The notes below the pieces were generated by a model. That model ran no database searches. It was not told the origin of the DNA and saw only the letters and a program-made list of their open reading frames with translations. This document shows, in pieces, positions 51,997 through 64,000 of a stretch of DNA of 64,000 nucleotides. Every line of letters begins with the position of its first letter. Within the stretch, counting starts at the first letter, position 1. This DNA comes from Podarcis bocagei. Lineage: Eukaryota. The stretch lies in the NCBI GenBank assembly GCA_964188305.1, contig OZ076893.1. The stretch is one strand, 5' to 3'. The translations under genes and the position numbers were made by a program.

Positions 51997-52037
51997 TGCA
52001 GTTCTCTGCTTCAGACTCACAGTGTCACTGTTGGACA
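51997..52037 (+). promoter_or_regulatory. CSE/CTCF site of V9
   Basis: tgcagttctctgcttcagactcacagtGTCACTGTTGGACA. Confidence 0.83.
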
Positions 52038-52270
52038 AGGCGGCAATCCATGGGCAGCTGAAGTTCCACTGATGCTTTCTGCAGAGAGATCTCTTTGTCC
52101 CAAACTGCACATCGGGAATACCAGCAGACGCGGGAACAAACGTTTCAGCTGGAAAACAGAAAACACTGCAGCACATAAAAGCCAAAGGATCCAGTTCTTT
52201 TTTTACTGAGGGGAAATCTCCTGTCTTGGTGGAAATCTGAAATCCTGTGCTCATCAAAGAGAAGAGGAAA

Positions 52271-54700
52271 ATGAAGATGAGAGGAATCCTGCCTGGAAAG
52301 AGCTTTCAAACAGCAGGAAGGTATATAACACTTCTGATATTATCATCTTTGTTTTCTGGAGCAGTTTTGGAAGAGGTTAACTATTCCATTCCTGAGGAGA
52401 TGGCAAAGGGGTCTTTGGTGGGAAATCTTGCCAAGGATCTAGGACTGAATGCCAGAGAACTGAAGAGCAGAAACCTGCATATCCTTTCTGAAGGTAAAAA
52501 GCCATATTTCACTATCAATGCTGAAAATGGAAACCTATATGTGAATGAGAGGATAGATCGTGAGGGGATGTGTAGAGAGAGCACACACTGCCTTATTGAT
52601 TTTGAAGCTGTGGTCGAAAATCCATTGAACGTTTTCCATGTTAGTCTAGCAATCCAAGACATTAATGATAATGCGCCACAATTCTTAGAAGCCGATATTA
52701 AACTTGAAATAATTGAATCCACATTGCCGGGTGCCAGATTTCTCCTTGGGAAAGCTGAAGATCCTGATATTGGGATTAATACTCTCCAGAATTATCAGTT
52801 AAGCCTAAATCAGTTCTTTATATTAGAAATTAAGCATAGTCTGGATGGCCATAAATATGCAGAATTGGCGCTGCAGAAACCTTTGGATCGGGAGAGTGAG
52901 CACTCCCTTCAGTTGATCCTTACGGCCCTGGATGGGGGTGAACCCAGAAAAACTGGGACTGCCCAGATATGGATTAATGTCACAGATGCCAATGACAACC
53001 CACCAGTCTTCACTCAAGAAGTTTATACAGTTAGTCTAAGGGAAAATTCCCCTGTGGGGTCCCCCATACTCCAAGTAAAAGCCTCTGATAAGGATGAAGG
53101 TTCAAATAGTCAGATCAGTTACACATTCAGTAAAGTCCCAGAAAAAGTCTATGAGAAATTTAGACTAGATCCACAAAGTGGAACAATTACAATTAAGGAG
53201 ACCCTTGACTTTGAGGAAACTGAAAAATACACTATGACAGTTGAAGCAAGAGATGGAGGAGGATTAGTGGCTCACTGTAATGTTGATATAAAGATTATAG
53301 ATGAGAATGACAATGCTCCAGAGATCATCGTGGCCTCCTTATCCACCCCAGTATCAGAAAACTCTGTTTCTGGAACAATAATTGCTCTCATCAATGTAAA
53401 GGATAGAGATTCTGGAGAAAATGGAAAAATTACATGCCATCTACAAAGTAATGTACCATTTAAAATAGCATCTATATCGAAGAACAACTATAAAATCCAC
53501 ACAGACAGTCCATTGGACAGAGAAAAAGCCTCAGGATACAACATCACAATCACGGCCACCGACAAAGGTAGCCCCCCTCTCTCCTCCAACAAAACCATCT
53601 CCCTGCAGATTTCAGACATCAATGACAACCCCCCTGCCTTTGAAAAATCAACCCACAGTGTCTTTGTGCCTGAAAACAATCCCTCAGGTGCCTCCATTTT
53701 CTCCATCAAAGCCTCGGACCCGGATCTGGACCGCAACTCACGTATCACTTACTCCATCCTCAACAGCAACATGGAGGAGCTGCCTCTCTCCTCTTACGTC
53801 TCCATCAACTCTGAGACGGGAACTATCTATGCACAGCGCTCCTTTGACTATGAGCAATTCAGGGAGTTTCAGATCCAAGTGAAGGTCCAAGATGGCGGCT
53901 CTCCCTCTCTCAGCAACAACGCCACCGTGTGGGTGTTCATTTTGGATCAGAACGATAACAGCCCTCGCGTTCTGTATCCTGTCCCAGGTGTTGAGGACTC
54001 TGCCTTGTTTGAGATGGTTCCTCACTCGGCAGAGCCAGGCTACCTAGTGACCAAAGTGGTGGCTGTGGACGCTGACTCTGGGCACAATGCCTGGCTCTCC
54101 TACCAAGTGCTGCAGGCCACAGAGCCGGCCCTCTTCACCATTGGGACCCACACGGGAGAGATCAGGACGTCACGAGCCCTTCTGGAGAAAGATGCTGTGA
54201 AACAGAAGCTGGTCATCTTGGTGAAGGACAATGGGAAGGCTCCACTCTCAGCTACTGTGGTCCTCAACCTCGTGGTTGCCGAGAACTTCCAAGAGGCACT
54301 TCCGGAAATGACTAGGCAATCCAGTGACACAGAACATCATTCTGACCTCCAGTTTTACTTGGTGCTGGCTTTGGCATTGATCTCATTTTTGTTCCTCCTA
54401 ACGGTGATTCTGGTCATTGTCATGAAACTTCGACAATCAGGAAATCCCAAATTATTCCAATGCTTTGAACCTAATGCTTTTTCTAAGGCGCAGGTCATAT
54501 TTCCGCCAAACTATGAAGAAGGAACTTTACCTTATTCCTACCAACTCTGCCTATCGTCAGAGATGAGGAAAGAGCAGATCTCTTTCCTGAAATCCCATAT
54601 CCAGGTGGCAGAAAACTTGCTATGCAATGATATCTCTCAGGTGGTTCTTGTGGATGGCAACTATGGGGATGCCAGTGCGAAAGAGGAGGTTGGTGAGCAG
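52271..54700 (+). CDS. PCDHGB: Protocadherin gamma-B-like variable exon V9 (recent paralogue of V7)
   Basis: First ATG 52271; donor CAG|GTAAGT after 54700 (810 codons). Confidence 0.9.
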
Positions 54701-56514
54701 GTAAGTTTTGTTTCAGAAACAGCCTTACCTTATAGGAATAAAACTAATATTTTTATTTCATTTTACTATATAAAGGGGTCAGCAAAATCAAATTACAGTA
54801 TTAGCAGCAGTTCTGATAGTGAAGAACTTTTCCTACAAGTAGCTTTTAAGTTGCAATGCTAGACGCAGCATAAATTCTGAGGCATACAATAATGGCAGAG
54901 TGAGTCTTCATCTCAGGAATTAAAGGAAATGTAAGCATGCATGCAGCTTGAGGGTTCAATCTTCCTGTGGGGTATTAGCATGTCACCATAAATATATAGT
55001 TATTTATACATCCCTCATCAATTAAAAATAAGGATTTGTACTTTTTCACTCACACAAAGCACAGTTTATTTGCCCTGTTATGATCAACTTAACTGCAGAA
55101 TGCATAAAACATGAATGCTTCCTGTTTCTTTGTAGTATAATTTGGGGCTGTATGTGGCTTTTCTGGAGGATTCATAAAAAGAAGTTGTGTGAAATAACAG
55201 CAAGCACAGAAAAAGGCATCCCAAATGATCCATGGGTGCAACAACTTCTGTAGGGATATTTAGTTTAGATAAAATAAATTACAAGAAGGGAAGTGAGACA
55301 GCTGTATAGAATTATGAACGAGGTTGAGAAAATGAATAGAGAGATCCCTCTCCCCCATATTACCGGAGCCTGTGGCCATTGGGTGAAGATAAGGGAAACT
55401 GAAAGAATAAGAGGATGCACTTTGCCAATGGATCCTCTCATTGTCTTATATGATTACTTTAAGGATTTAGAACAACAGAAGTCAGATAATTACTCCAACA
55501 GCTACTGTCTGTGGCCAGAGCAACTATTTGTTATAATTGTGGGCAGGGGGCAGGGCTAAAAACACTAACTTTAGTGGAATGGATTACTACAGCATGGAAT
55601 ATTTTATCAATTGTTCAAGTAATTAATACAGTAAAAATCAGAGAGGGGAGGCAGTCTGATAACTTTCTGTGTGTTTTTTCATAATTTATTGGTGCAATGA
55701 AGTTCAAGATAACCCAGACCCACATACTTTATTTGGATGTTTATGAAGGCTATATGCTTTATTTGATTTCATAATAGGAATTTAATGATAATTGTATGCC
55801 TAGCCATTTTGTTTTTATATAAACCATTTCTAAATAATTTACTTATTTAAACAAACAAACAATGGAAATCACTATCACAAGGTGCACCGATGGTCACCTG
55901 CTTGGGTGGTTTTAAAGGGGGATTAGAAAAAAATCATTGTCACATTGGCTATATTATGTCTAGTACCAGACACCTCTGAATGTGGACCAAGGGCAGAGCT
56001 TTTGAGGGGCAATTGGTTGGCCACAGTGGGAGAAAGGATGCTGGACTCAATAGAGCTCTGGCCTGATCCAGCAGGGCTCTTCTTATGTTTTTATGAAATA
56101 GAATGGTGTGCAATGTTTCTGTGTGATAGACTAGCAGATGAAAAACTAGAAGCATGTTGAAAATTAGGCAGCACTCTGGTTGTGATCACTTGGAAATGTC
56201 AGTTCTGTTCAGTGGGGTTCCAGGATACACATCTCCAGATTGGGTTTATGGTCTTGTAGGCAGTTCTATGGAGCAATAAGAGGAGCTATTACCTTTAATG
56301 CGTACAAACTGAAAGTAAATTACTTTAGTTATTTTCTAATAAGACCTCTATCATATACTCTTTCAATTAGACACAACTGATTTCTTCTAACACCTCTTGT
56401 CTCTCCCCTGTTCTCAGTTCCCAAACTTCATGATGCTATTATCATGATATTAGCTCACACGTAAAGTGCCAACAAACATTTTATCCTGTTGGATCATGCC
56501 TAGCTTCCGTCAAG

Positions 56515-56675
56515 GTGTTCCGTTTTGCCAAAAGCTGTTTAGTCATGCTGGCCACATGACCTGGAAAGCTGTCTGTGGACAAATGCCGGCTCCCTCGGCC
56601 TGGAATAGAGATGAGCGCTGCCACCCCATAGTCGCCTTTGACTGAACTTAACTATCCGGGGGTCCTTTACCTTTT
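56515..56675 (+). mobile_element. 5'-truncated Sauria SINE (duplicated copy of 44555-44715)
   Basis: Same sequence and flanks as 44555-44715. Confidence 0.8.
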
Positions 56676-57340
56676 TTTACTGCTGGTAGAGCAGCTACAG
56701 CCATTGGTCCTACACTTGTGCTGAGTTCCTGCTTTGATCACAGGGGAGCAACTGCTAAGCAAGGACATTTGTATGGCACCAGCAGGTAGGAGGCAGGTGG
56801 CAGAGTCTGATGTAGAACCAATACCAGCGAACACACTTTCATTACGTTACTCTTGGAATTCCTACCCAACACTGAGAAGAACTTGTGCTGTGTTCCATAA
56901 ATGTTGATGAACAGACATCCAACAACTTAGGAGAGATAAAAAAAGAGAATATTTTCAATAGGGTGTTTATATTACTTCTATTCAAGAAAAAAATACAGTA
57001 GACTTACAGCTCTTGTTCTACTACAGCATAACTATTATCGTAATACGTTAATTTTAAGAAATATGTTTTAATATGTAACTGGATATTTATATATTAATAA
57101 TAATGTTTACAATAAAAAAGAAGATGTGAATAACCTTCATGTAATTGCAGTATCAGATATGAACCCAATTTTCACAGTACTGAAAAGCCACGAACATAAA
57201 TGAGGGTAGCTGTACACTAAGAAAGAACACCAAGGAAAAGCTTTCTCAAATGCTCCACTCAGTGAGCAGAAAGGAAGGTACAGTATGTGCTGGAGAAATA
57301 TCTGCATTTATTCACCTCTGTCTATTTTCATAGAACACTA

Positions 57341-57381
57341 TGCAGTTCCTTGAGTAGTCCTCTAAGTGTCAGTGTTGGCCA
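57341..57381 (+). promoter_or_regulatory. CSE/CTCF site of V10
   Basis: tgcagttccttgagtagtcctctaagtGTCAGTGTTGGCCA (CAGT variant). Confidence 0.8.
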
Positions 57382-57652
57382 GTATGAGAGCCAGAGAGAG
57401 GATAGAGATCCAGTGATGCTTCCTAGACTGCAGTAACTCCCATCACTGTTATTCAGATCAAGCCAGCTGAAGAGCACAGAGACAGGGAACTCTTGCAGAG
57501 AAGGAAAAATCTCTTTTGCTTTGCACAAATATAAGAATAAGGCAGTTTATTCTTCCTCAGTGATACCTCATGTTGTTTCCTTCATCACTGTGAGAGCTTG
57601 AGCATAGGAAACTGAGAAAAGGAAGCAGCCTGTTTTTGAGAGAACCAGCCAG

Positions 57653-60073
57653 ATGGAGAGAAGGCACCCAGGGAATGGCAGGGCACTCACAAGGCAAGTA
57701 CTGCTTCTCTCTCTATTGTCTTTTACCTGTTGGGCTGCATCAGAGCAGATTCATTATTCAACCCCTGAGGAGATGGCAAAGGGTTCCGTTGTGGGGAACC
57801 TCGCCAAGGACCTGGGACTGAGCGCCAGAGAACTAAAACATCGCAATCTGCACACTGTGTCTGTGGCTAAAATGCAGCATTTCAGTATCAATGCAGAGAA
57901 TGGAAACCTCTATGTAAATGACAGGATTGATAGGGAGGGGATATGTGGCAAAAATCCACATTGCTTTGTTAATTTTGAAGTTGTGGTAGAAAACCCTTTG
58001 AATATTTTTCACGTACTAGTGGAAATCCAGGATGTTAATGATAATGCACCACAATTCCTGAATAGCAATATCAATTTAGAGATCCTTGAATCCACTCTGC
58101 TGGGCACACAATTTCTCCTTGGGAAAGCAGAAGATCCTGACATTGGGATGAACTCTCTCCAGGATTACCAGCTGAGCTCCAATCAGTACTTCACTTTGGA
58201 AGTTAGAGAGAGAAAAGATGGAAATAAATATGCAGAACTGGTGCTGCAGAAACCTCTTGACCGAGAAAGTGAACAGACCCTTCACTTGGTTCTTACCGCT
58301 ATGGATGGGGGTGAGCCTAGGAAAACTGGGACTGTTCATATATGGATTAATGTCACTGATGCCAATGACAACCCGCCTGTTTTCACTCAAGTGGTGTACA
58401 AGGTCAGTTTATCTGAAAATGTTCCTGTTGGGTCACTTGTTCTCCAGGTTGCAGCCTCTGATAAGGATGAAGGTTTATATGCCCAAATCAGGTATCATTT
58501 TAGTAACATACCAGCAACTGCCGAACGGAAATTCAAGCTGGATCCCATCAGTGGCTCAATCACCCTCTTGGAGCAACTGGATTTTGAGGACAACGATGAA
58601 TATACAATGACAGTTGCTGCAAAAGATGGAGGTGGCTTGATGACACATTCTAACATTGAGCTAAGGGTTCATGATGAGAATGATAATGCCCCAGATGTGA
58701 CCTTAGCCTCCATGTTCAGCCCTGTTCCTGAAGATTCTCTGCCAGGGACAGTTATTGCTCTGATCAATGTAAATGACAGAGATAGTGGAGATAATGGGAA
58801 GGTTACTTGCTATTTACAGGATGATTTACCCTTCAAAGTTCTTCCCTCATCAAGCAATTACTTCAAGCTCCAGACAGACAGTCCTTTGGATAGAGAAATA
58901 GCGCCTGCATATAATATTACAATCACAGCCACTGATAGAGGAACTCCACCTCTTTCCACACACAAAACGATCCCACTACAGATCTCAGATGTCAATGATA
59001 ATACCCCTACATTTCAGAAACCATCCTACAACATCTATGTGCCAGAAAACAATCCTTCAGGTGCCTCCATTTTCACCATCAAAGCCTCTGATCCCGATAT
59101 GGACCAGAACTCACAGATCACATACTCCATCCTCAACAGCAACATCGAGGAGCTTCCCATCTCCTCCTATATCTCCATTAATTCAGAGACTGGCACCATC
59201 TATGCCCAGAGATCCTTTGACTATGAACAATTCAGAGAGTTTCGGCTGCAAGTGAAGGCCCAAGATGGGGGTTCTCCCCCTCTCAGCAGCAATGTGACCG
59301 TCAGGGTGTTTGTTCTTGACAGGAATGATAACAGCCCTCGTATCCTGTCCCCCTCACAAGAAGCCAAGGGCTCAGCCTTGTTTGAGATGGTGCCTCGTTC
59401 GGCCGAGGCAGATTATCTTGTCACCAAGGTGGTGGCCGTGGATGCAGATTCTGGACACAATGCCTGGCTCTCCTACCACCTGACTCAGGCCACTGAGCCA
59501 GCACTCTTCACGATTGGTTCTCATACTGGAGAGATCAGGACCGCCAGGGCCTTTGTGGAGAGAGACGCTGTGAAACAGAGACTGGTCATTATGGTGAAGG
59601 ATAACGGGCAGCCGTCTCTCTCGGCCACCATGACTCTGAACCTGGTGTTTGCTGAGAACTTTCAGGAGGCCCTTCCGGAAATGAAGAGCCAACCCAGCAG
59701 CTCGGAGTATCAGTCTGACCTGCAGTTCTACTTGGTCCTGGCCTTAGCTGTGATCTCCTCCTTGTTCCTCTTGACTGTCATTCTGGCCGTTACAGTGAAG
59801 CTCCGTCAATCAGGGCATCCCAGGTTCCTACAGTGCTTTGGTCCTGTTCCCCATTCCAAGAATGGTGCCATCTTCCCACCCAACTTTGAAGATGGGACTT
59901 TGCCCTATTCCTACCAGCTGTGTCTGTCTTCTGAGACCAGGAAGAATGAGTTTGCCTTCCTGACACCCAGTGCTCAGATGGTAGACAATATTATTGGCAG
60001 TGAGAAACCTGTTGTGCCTTTTACAGGCAACAGTGGAGACAATTTTCATTCTGAAATGGCTAATGGTGAAGAG
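57653..60073 (+). CDS. PCDHGB: Protocadherin gamma-B-like variable exon V10
   Basis: Intact ORF; donor GAG|GTAAGA after 60073 (807 codons). Confidence 0.92.
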
Positions 60074-61540
60074 GTAAGATTTGTTCTCTGCAGTTACATG
60101 TATGGTACACTCTGTAGTTCTTTAGCTTTAGTGACATTGCAATACAACCTTTTATACTGCAAGTGTACCTGCCTTTTTCAGCCTTTGGTTAGTTTTTCAT
60201 ATAGAAATTAATAGGTGGGTCTTTATTTTGTTTTTTATGTTCATTTTAATTATTTATTAGCTTTCTATTCTGCCTTTCATCCAAAGATCACATGGCAGCT
60301 TGCAATATAAATGCCCTCATGAGTCATCATCTTTCCTATCTAGTCTAAGTAGATGAGACTAAACCACCTTGTGCAATTAGCCATTTCGTAGTCAGTTGGG
60401 GTATTCCATTTTCTATTTTGTTTTATATTGACAGTTCAATCCCAAGGATATCTACCCAGTAGTTGTATTGAATTCAACGAGGCTTACTTCCAGGGAAGAT
60501 GGCTTACGATTTCAGCTTTAGTGCTTAAATAAATTTAATCTTAAATGATAAGAAGTGAGGTTTTGTGCTCCTTTTATGGCACGTGGTTTGGAGTATGTCA
60601 TTTTTTTTACTATATAATCAAGGAAATACACTTCTTTCTGTTGGCAGAAAATATCATCAGTGATATGCATACTTTTGCTTATAAGTACATACTACTTTCA
60701 GGGGATATTGCAATTTTTTGTTCTTTGTTTTGTTCTTCAACATTTGACACAATAATAGTGTATTAATAGTCAATGTATCCTGGATTGTCCACACATCATT
60801 TTTCTTTATTAGTTGTTTTGAGCTGCCTCCCCAGTGTTATTGCAATTTTTAAGAGAACAGCTGTCATTGCATTAGTCCTTAGCACAGAGCGAGGTAACAA
60901 AATCTAAACTAGGTAATAAGATTTACATAAACTTACATGAAAAATATCACTACTTGCTAGTTAAACTATTGCCATTTGTAGGGGCACTACTGTATAATGA
61001 AAGTGGGACAAAGAATAAACCAGAACATTGGTATTATAAAAAGTGGCAGGATTTCAGCAGGAAGATATGGGACACTCACTCACATTAGTCACAAAGCGGC
61101 TTATTGTACCATAAACAATAACACAGTAGAACATCACAAGCACAATAAAAATCATATAAAATAATAAACAAATCATCAGTAAAGAAAAACAACCACCTTT
61201 TAAAATACACTTTTAACAAAACAAGTTTAAAAATAGGCTAAAGTCATATTATAAAATTCACAAAGCATTACAGCTCTCATAGTCCACAAAACAATATCAA
61301 GAACATTAACAAAGAACCAAAAACAAAATAAGCATTCATACATCATCATGAGTCACAATAAAAATGGCATGGGGGGGCTTATGATTTACTTAAATCTCCC
61401 TAAAGCTAGGCTAGTTATAAATCTCTTTTTTTCAAGATTTGTTCGGGGGGGGGGGGTTGGTTACACACATACACACACAACGCACATGTATACCTTGCAT
61501 AAAGTACGTTGTGACATGATGAATGGACAACTACAACATT

Positions 61541-61715
61541 NNNNNNNNNNNNNNNNNNNNNNNNNNNNNNNNNNNNNNNNNNNNNNNNNNNNNNNNNNNN
61601 NNNNNNNNNNNNNNNNNNNNNNNNNNNNNNNNNNNNNNNNNNNNNNNNNNNNNNNNNNNNNNNNNNNNNNNNNNNNNNNNNNNNNNNNNNNNNNNNNNNN
61701 NNNNNNNNNNNNNNN
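61541..61715. other. Assembly gap (175 N)
   Basis: Run of N. Confidence 1.
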
Positions 61716-63017
61716 GCTTCCAAAAGAATATTAAACCACTCTGGGCGGCTTCCAAAAGAATATTAAAATACTATGATACATCAAACATTAAAAGCTTCCC
61801 TAAACAGGGCTGCCTTCAGATGTCTTCTAAAAGTCTGGTAGTTGTTGTTCTCTTTGACATCTGGTGGGAGGGCGTTCCACAGGGAGGGCGCCACTACCGA
61901 GAAGGCCCTCTGCCTGGTTCCCTGTAACTTGGCTTCTCGCAGTGAGGGAACTGCCAGAAGGCCCTCGGTGCTGGACCTCAGTGTCCGGGTAGAACGATGG
62001 AGGTGGAGACGCTCCTTCAGGTATACTGGACCGAGGCCGTTTAGGGCTTTAAAGGTCAGCACCAACACTTTGAATTGTGCTCGGAAACGTACTGGGAGCC
62101 AATGTAGGTCTTTCAAGACCGGTGTTATATGGTCTCAGCGGCCGTTCCCAGTCACCAGTCTGGCTGCTGCATTCTGGATTAGTTGTAGTTTCCGGGTCAC
62201 CTTCAAAGGTAGCCCCACGTAGAGCGCATTGCAGTAGTCCAAGCGGGAGATAACCAGAGCATGCACCACTCTGGCGAGGCAGTCCGCGGGCAGATAGGGT
62301 CTCAGCCTACGTACCAGATGGAGCTGGTACACAGCTGCCCTGGACACGGATTTAACCTGTGCCTCCATGGACAGCTGTGAGTCCAAAATGACTCCCAGGC
62401 TGCGCACCTGGTCCTTCAGGGGCACTGTTACCCCATTCAGGACCAGGGAATCCCCCACACCTGCCCGCCTCCTGTCCCCCAGAAACAGTACTTCTGTCTT
62501 GTCAGGATTCAATCTCAATCTGTTTGCCGCCATCCATCCTCCAACCGCCTCCAGACACTCACACAGGACCTTCACCGCCTTCACTGGTTCTGATTTGAAA
62601 GAGAGGTAAAGCTGGGTATCATCTGCATACTGATGAACACCCAGCCCAAACCCCCTGATGATCTCTCCCAGCGGCTGCATATAGATGTTGAAAAGCATGG
62701 GGGAGAGGACAGAACCCTGAGGCACCCCACAAGTGAGAGCCCAGGGGTCTGAACACTCATCCCCCACCACCACTTTCTGAACACGGCCCAGGAGGAAGGA
62801 GCGGAACCACTGTATGACAGTGCCCCCAGCTCCCAGCCCCTCAAGACGGTCCAGAAGGATGTTATGGTCGATGGTATCAAACGCCGCTGAGAGATCCAGC
62901 AGAACTAGGAAACAGCTCTCACCTTTGTCCCTAGCCCGCCGGAGATCATCAACCAGTGCGACCAAGGCAGTTTCAGTCCCGTGATGAGGCCTGAATCCCG
63001 ATTGGAAGGGATCCAAA
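61716..63017 (-). mobile_element. 5'-truncated L2-clade LINE (reverse transcriptase domain and C-terminus)
   Basis: LDPFQSGFRPHHGTETAL, LLDLSAAFDTIDH, GVPQGSVLSPMLF, YADDTQLY, LVISRLDYCN, LHWLPV. ORFs 62135-63061 and 61781-62116 are one frame broken by a single TGA at 62137-62135. The 3' end runs into the gap. Confidence 0.92.
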
Positions 63018-63232
63018 TAGTATTCCAATAGTATTACTATACTATTATTATTACCACCCAATATAGTGTATCTGTATCGTTTTTAACCTGTAGTGAGCTG
63101 TAGCAATCTGGATTTATGTTATAAATTGATTTTAATCTAGTACTAGGCTGCTTATATTTACAAGTCTGAATAGGTTGCCTATAGTTTATATTGAAGATCA
63201 TTGTAATACACACCCGCACTCACACCCCCGGT

Positions 63233-63759
63233 GGTTCAGATACAGAATTTCCCTGTTCCATTCAATAGCAAGAATTGGGTTCCTCTCCTTAAATTGTTGG
63301 CATTTAATTGAACATTGGCTGCAACATGTAACCCATTATTTTAATACAGGACTTCATCTGTAATGTGGATGCAACATTTTTTGTGCACCTTTGAACTCCA
63401 CAGAAAATGCATTTGCTTTAATTTTTTGGAGATGTAAATGGTTGTGCATGTTCTCAATGCTGCCTCTGTGGACAGTTGGGAAAAATATTGTACAAAGTAC
63501 TTTGACATCATGGTTCAGATCTAGAGTTTCCCTGTTTCATATACCAGTGAGGGTTGGATTTCACTGATCAAATTATTGGTATTTAATTGAGCATTGGATG
63601 CAATGCTTAACCCATTGTTTTAATGTAGGAGGTCATGTGTAATGTGGATGCAACCTTTTTATGTGTATCTTTGAACTCCACAGAAGACGCTTTTGCTTTA
63701 ATCTTTTGGAGGTGTAAATTGTGCAGCGTGTTCTCAACGCTGCCTCTGTGGACAGTTGG
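63233..63759. repeat. Diverged tandem repeat, two units of about 280 bp
   Basis: 63233-63479 aligns to 63512-63759 (shared ggttcagat, tgtaatgtggatgcaac, ctttgaactccacagaa, gctgcctctgtggacagttgg). Confidence 0.85.
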
Positions 63760-64000
63760 CGTGGGCATGGTGGCACCATTCTCTAGGCCTCTGTTTGGCA
63801 TGGCAGTATCTGGCCTTCTCCTTCTAGCTTCAAACAAGGCAGGATCTATCAGTTCCCAGTTGGGGCTGAATGGTAGTATTTTGTTCTTGTTGCTAAATTG
63901 GCCGAATGAGAGGATGAATGACAGGAGCTTTCTCATCTGCTAGGCAGTCAATAATTAAAGACTGGCTGTAATTGGACCCCAGCCATTCTTTTTAAATGTG

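Larger units (their letters stand above)
36755..59985 (+). repeat. Tandem segmental duplication of a two-exon cassette (copy A about 36755-48880; copy B about 48881-59985)
   Basis: Colinear intronic and promoter identity: 36841 vs 48967, 39524 vs 51997, 42214 vs 54701, 44521 vs 56481, 46262 vs 57368. Copies carry private indels and TEs. Ends approximate. Confidence 0.9.

Noticed and set aside
61348-61927. ORFs spanning 61.3-61.9 kb
   Set aside because: Artefacts of translating through the N gap.
1-64000. CRISPR array, prokaryotic system, or RAG-type recombination signals
   Set aside because: Vertebrate sequence; no repeat-spacer array and no consistent heptamer-spacer-nonamer flanking the exons. 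The cacagtg in some CSEs is part of the CTCF motif.

Overview
Vertebrate DNA from a squamate, judged by Sauria-type SINEs (a lacertid lizard is plausible but not provable here). The window lies in the variable region of a clustered protocadherin-gamma locus. It holds ten intact + strand variable exons, called V1-V10 here: nine gammaB-like and one gammaA-like. Each encodes a signal peptide, six cadherin repeats, a TM helix and a variable cytoplasmic tail, and ends in a phase-0 GT donor. The constant exons are not in the window. Each exon has a 41-bp conserved promoter element (CSE, a CTCF site) upstream. The array shows recent remodelling: a near-identical 2,140-bp tandem duplication that leaves a promoterless half exon, an 11-12.5 kb two-exon duplication explained by unequal crossover that makes V8 a hybrid exon, near-complete homogenisation of EC5 to the TM region, and a hyperdivergent patch at the start of EC2. 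The most notable observations are: (i) an 835-bp hAT-type element with a CpG-rich, promoter-like cargo inserted inside the CSE of V8, with the empty site visible at the paralogue V10; (ii) a sister element carrying different cargo upstream of V4; (iii) a 97-bp Penelope-like insertion containing a minimal hammerhead ribozyme core, in sense orientation about 200 bp downstream of the V7 donor; (iv) loss of the CSE CpG in 7 of 10 promoters. Clustered Pcdh promoter choice is a known system. I see no wholly new gene system, only these locus-specific twists. The rest is LINE, SINE, LTR and MITE debris, microsatellites and one 175-N gap.
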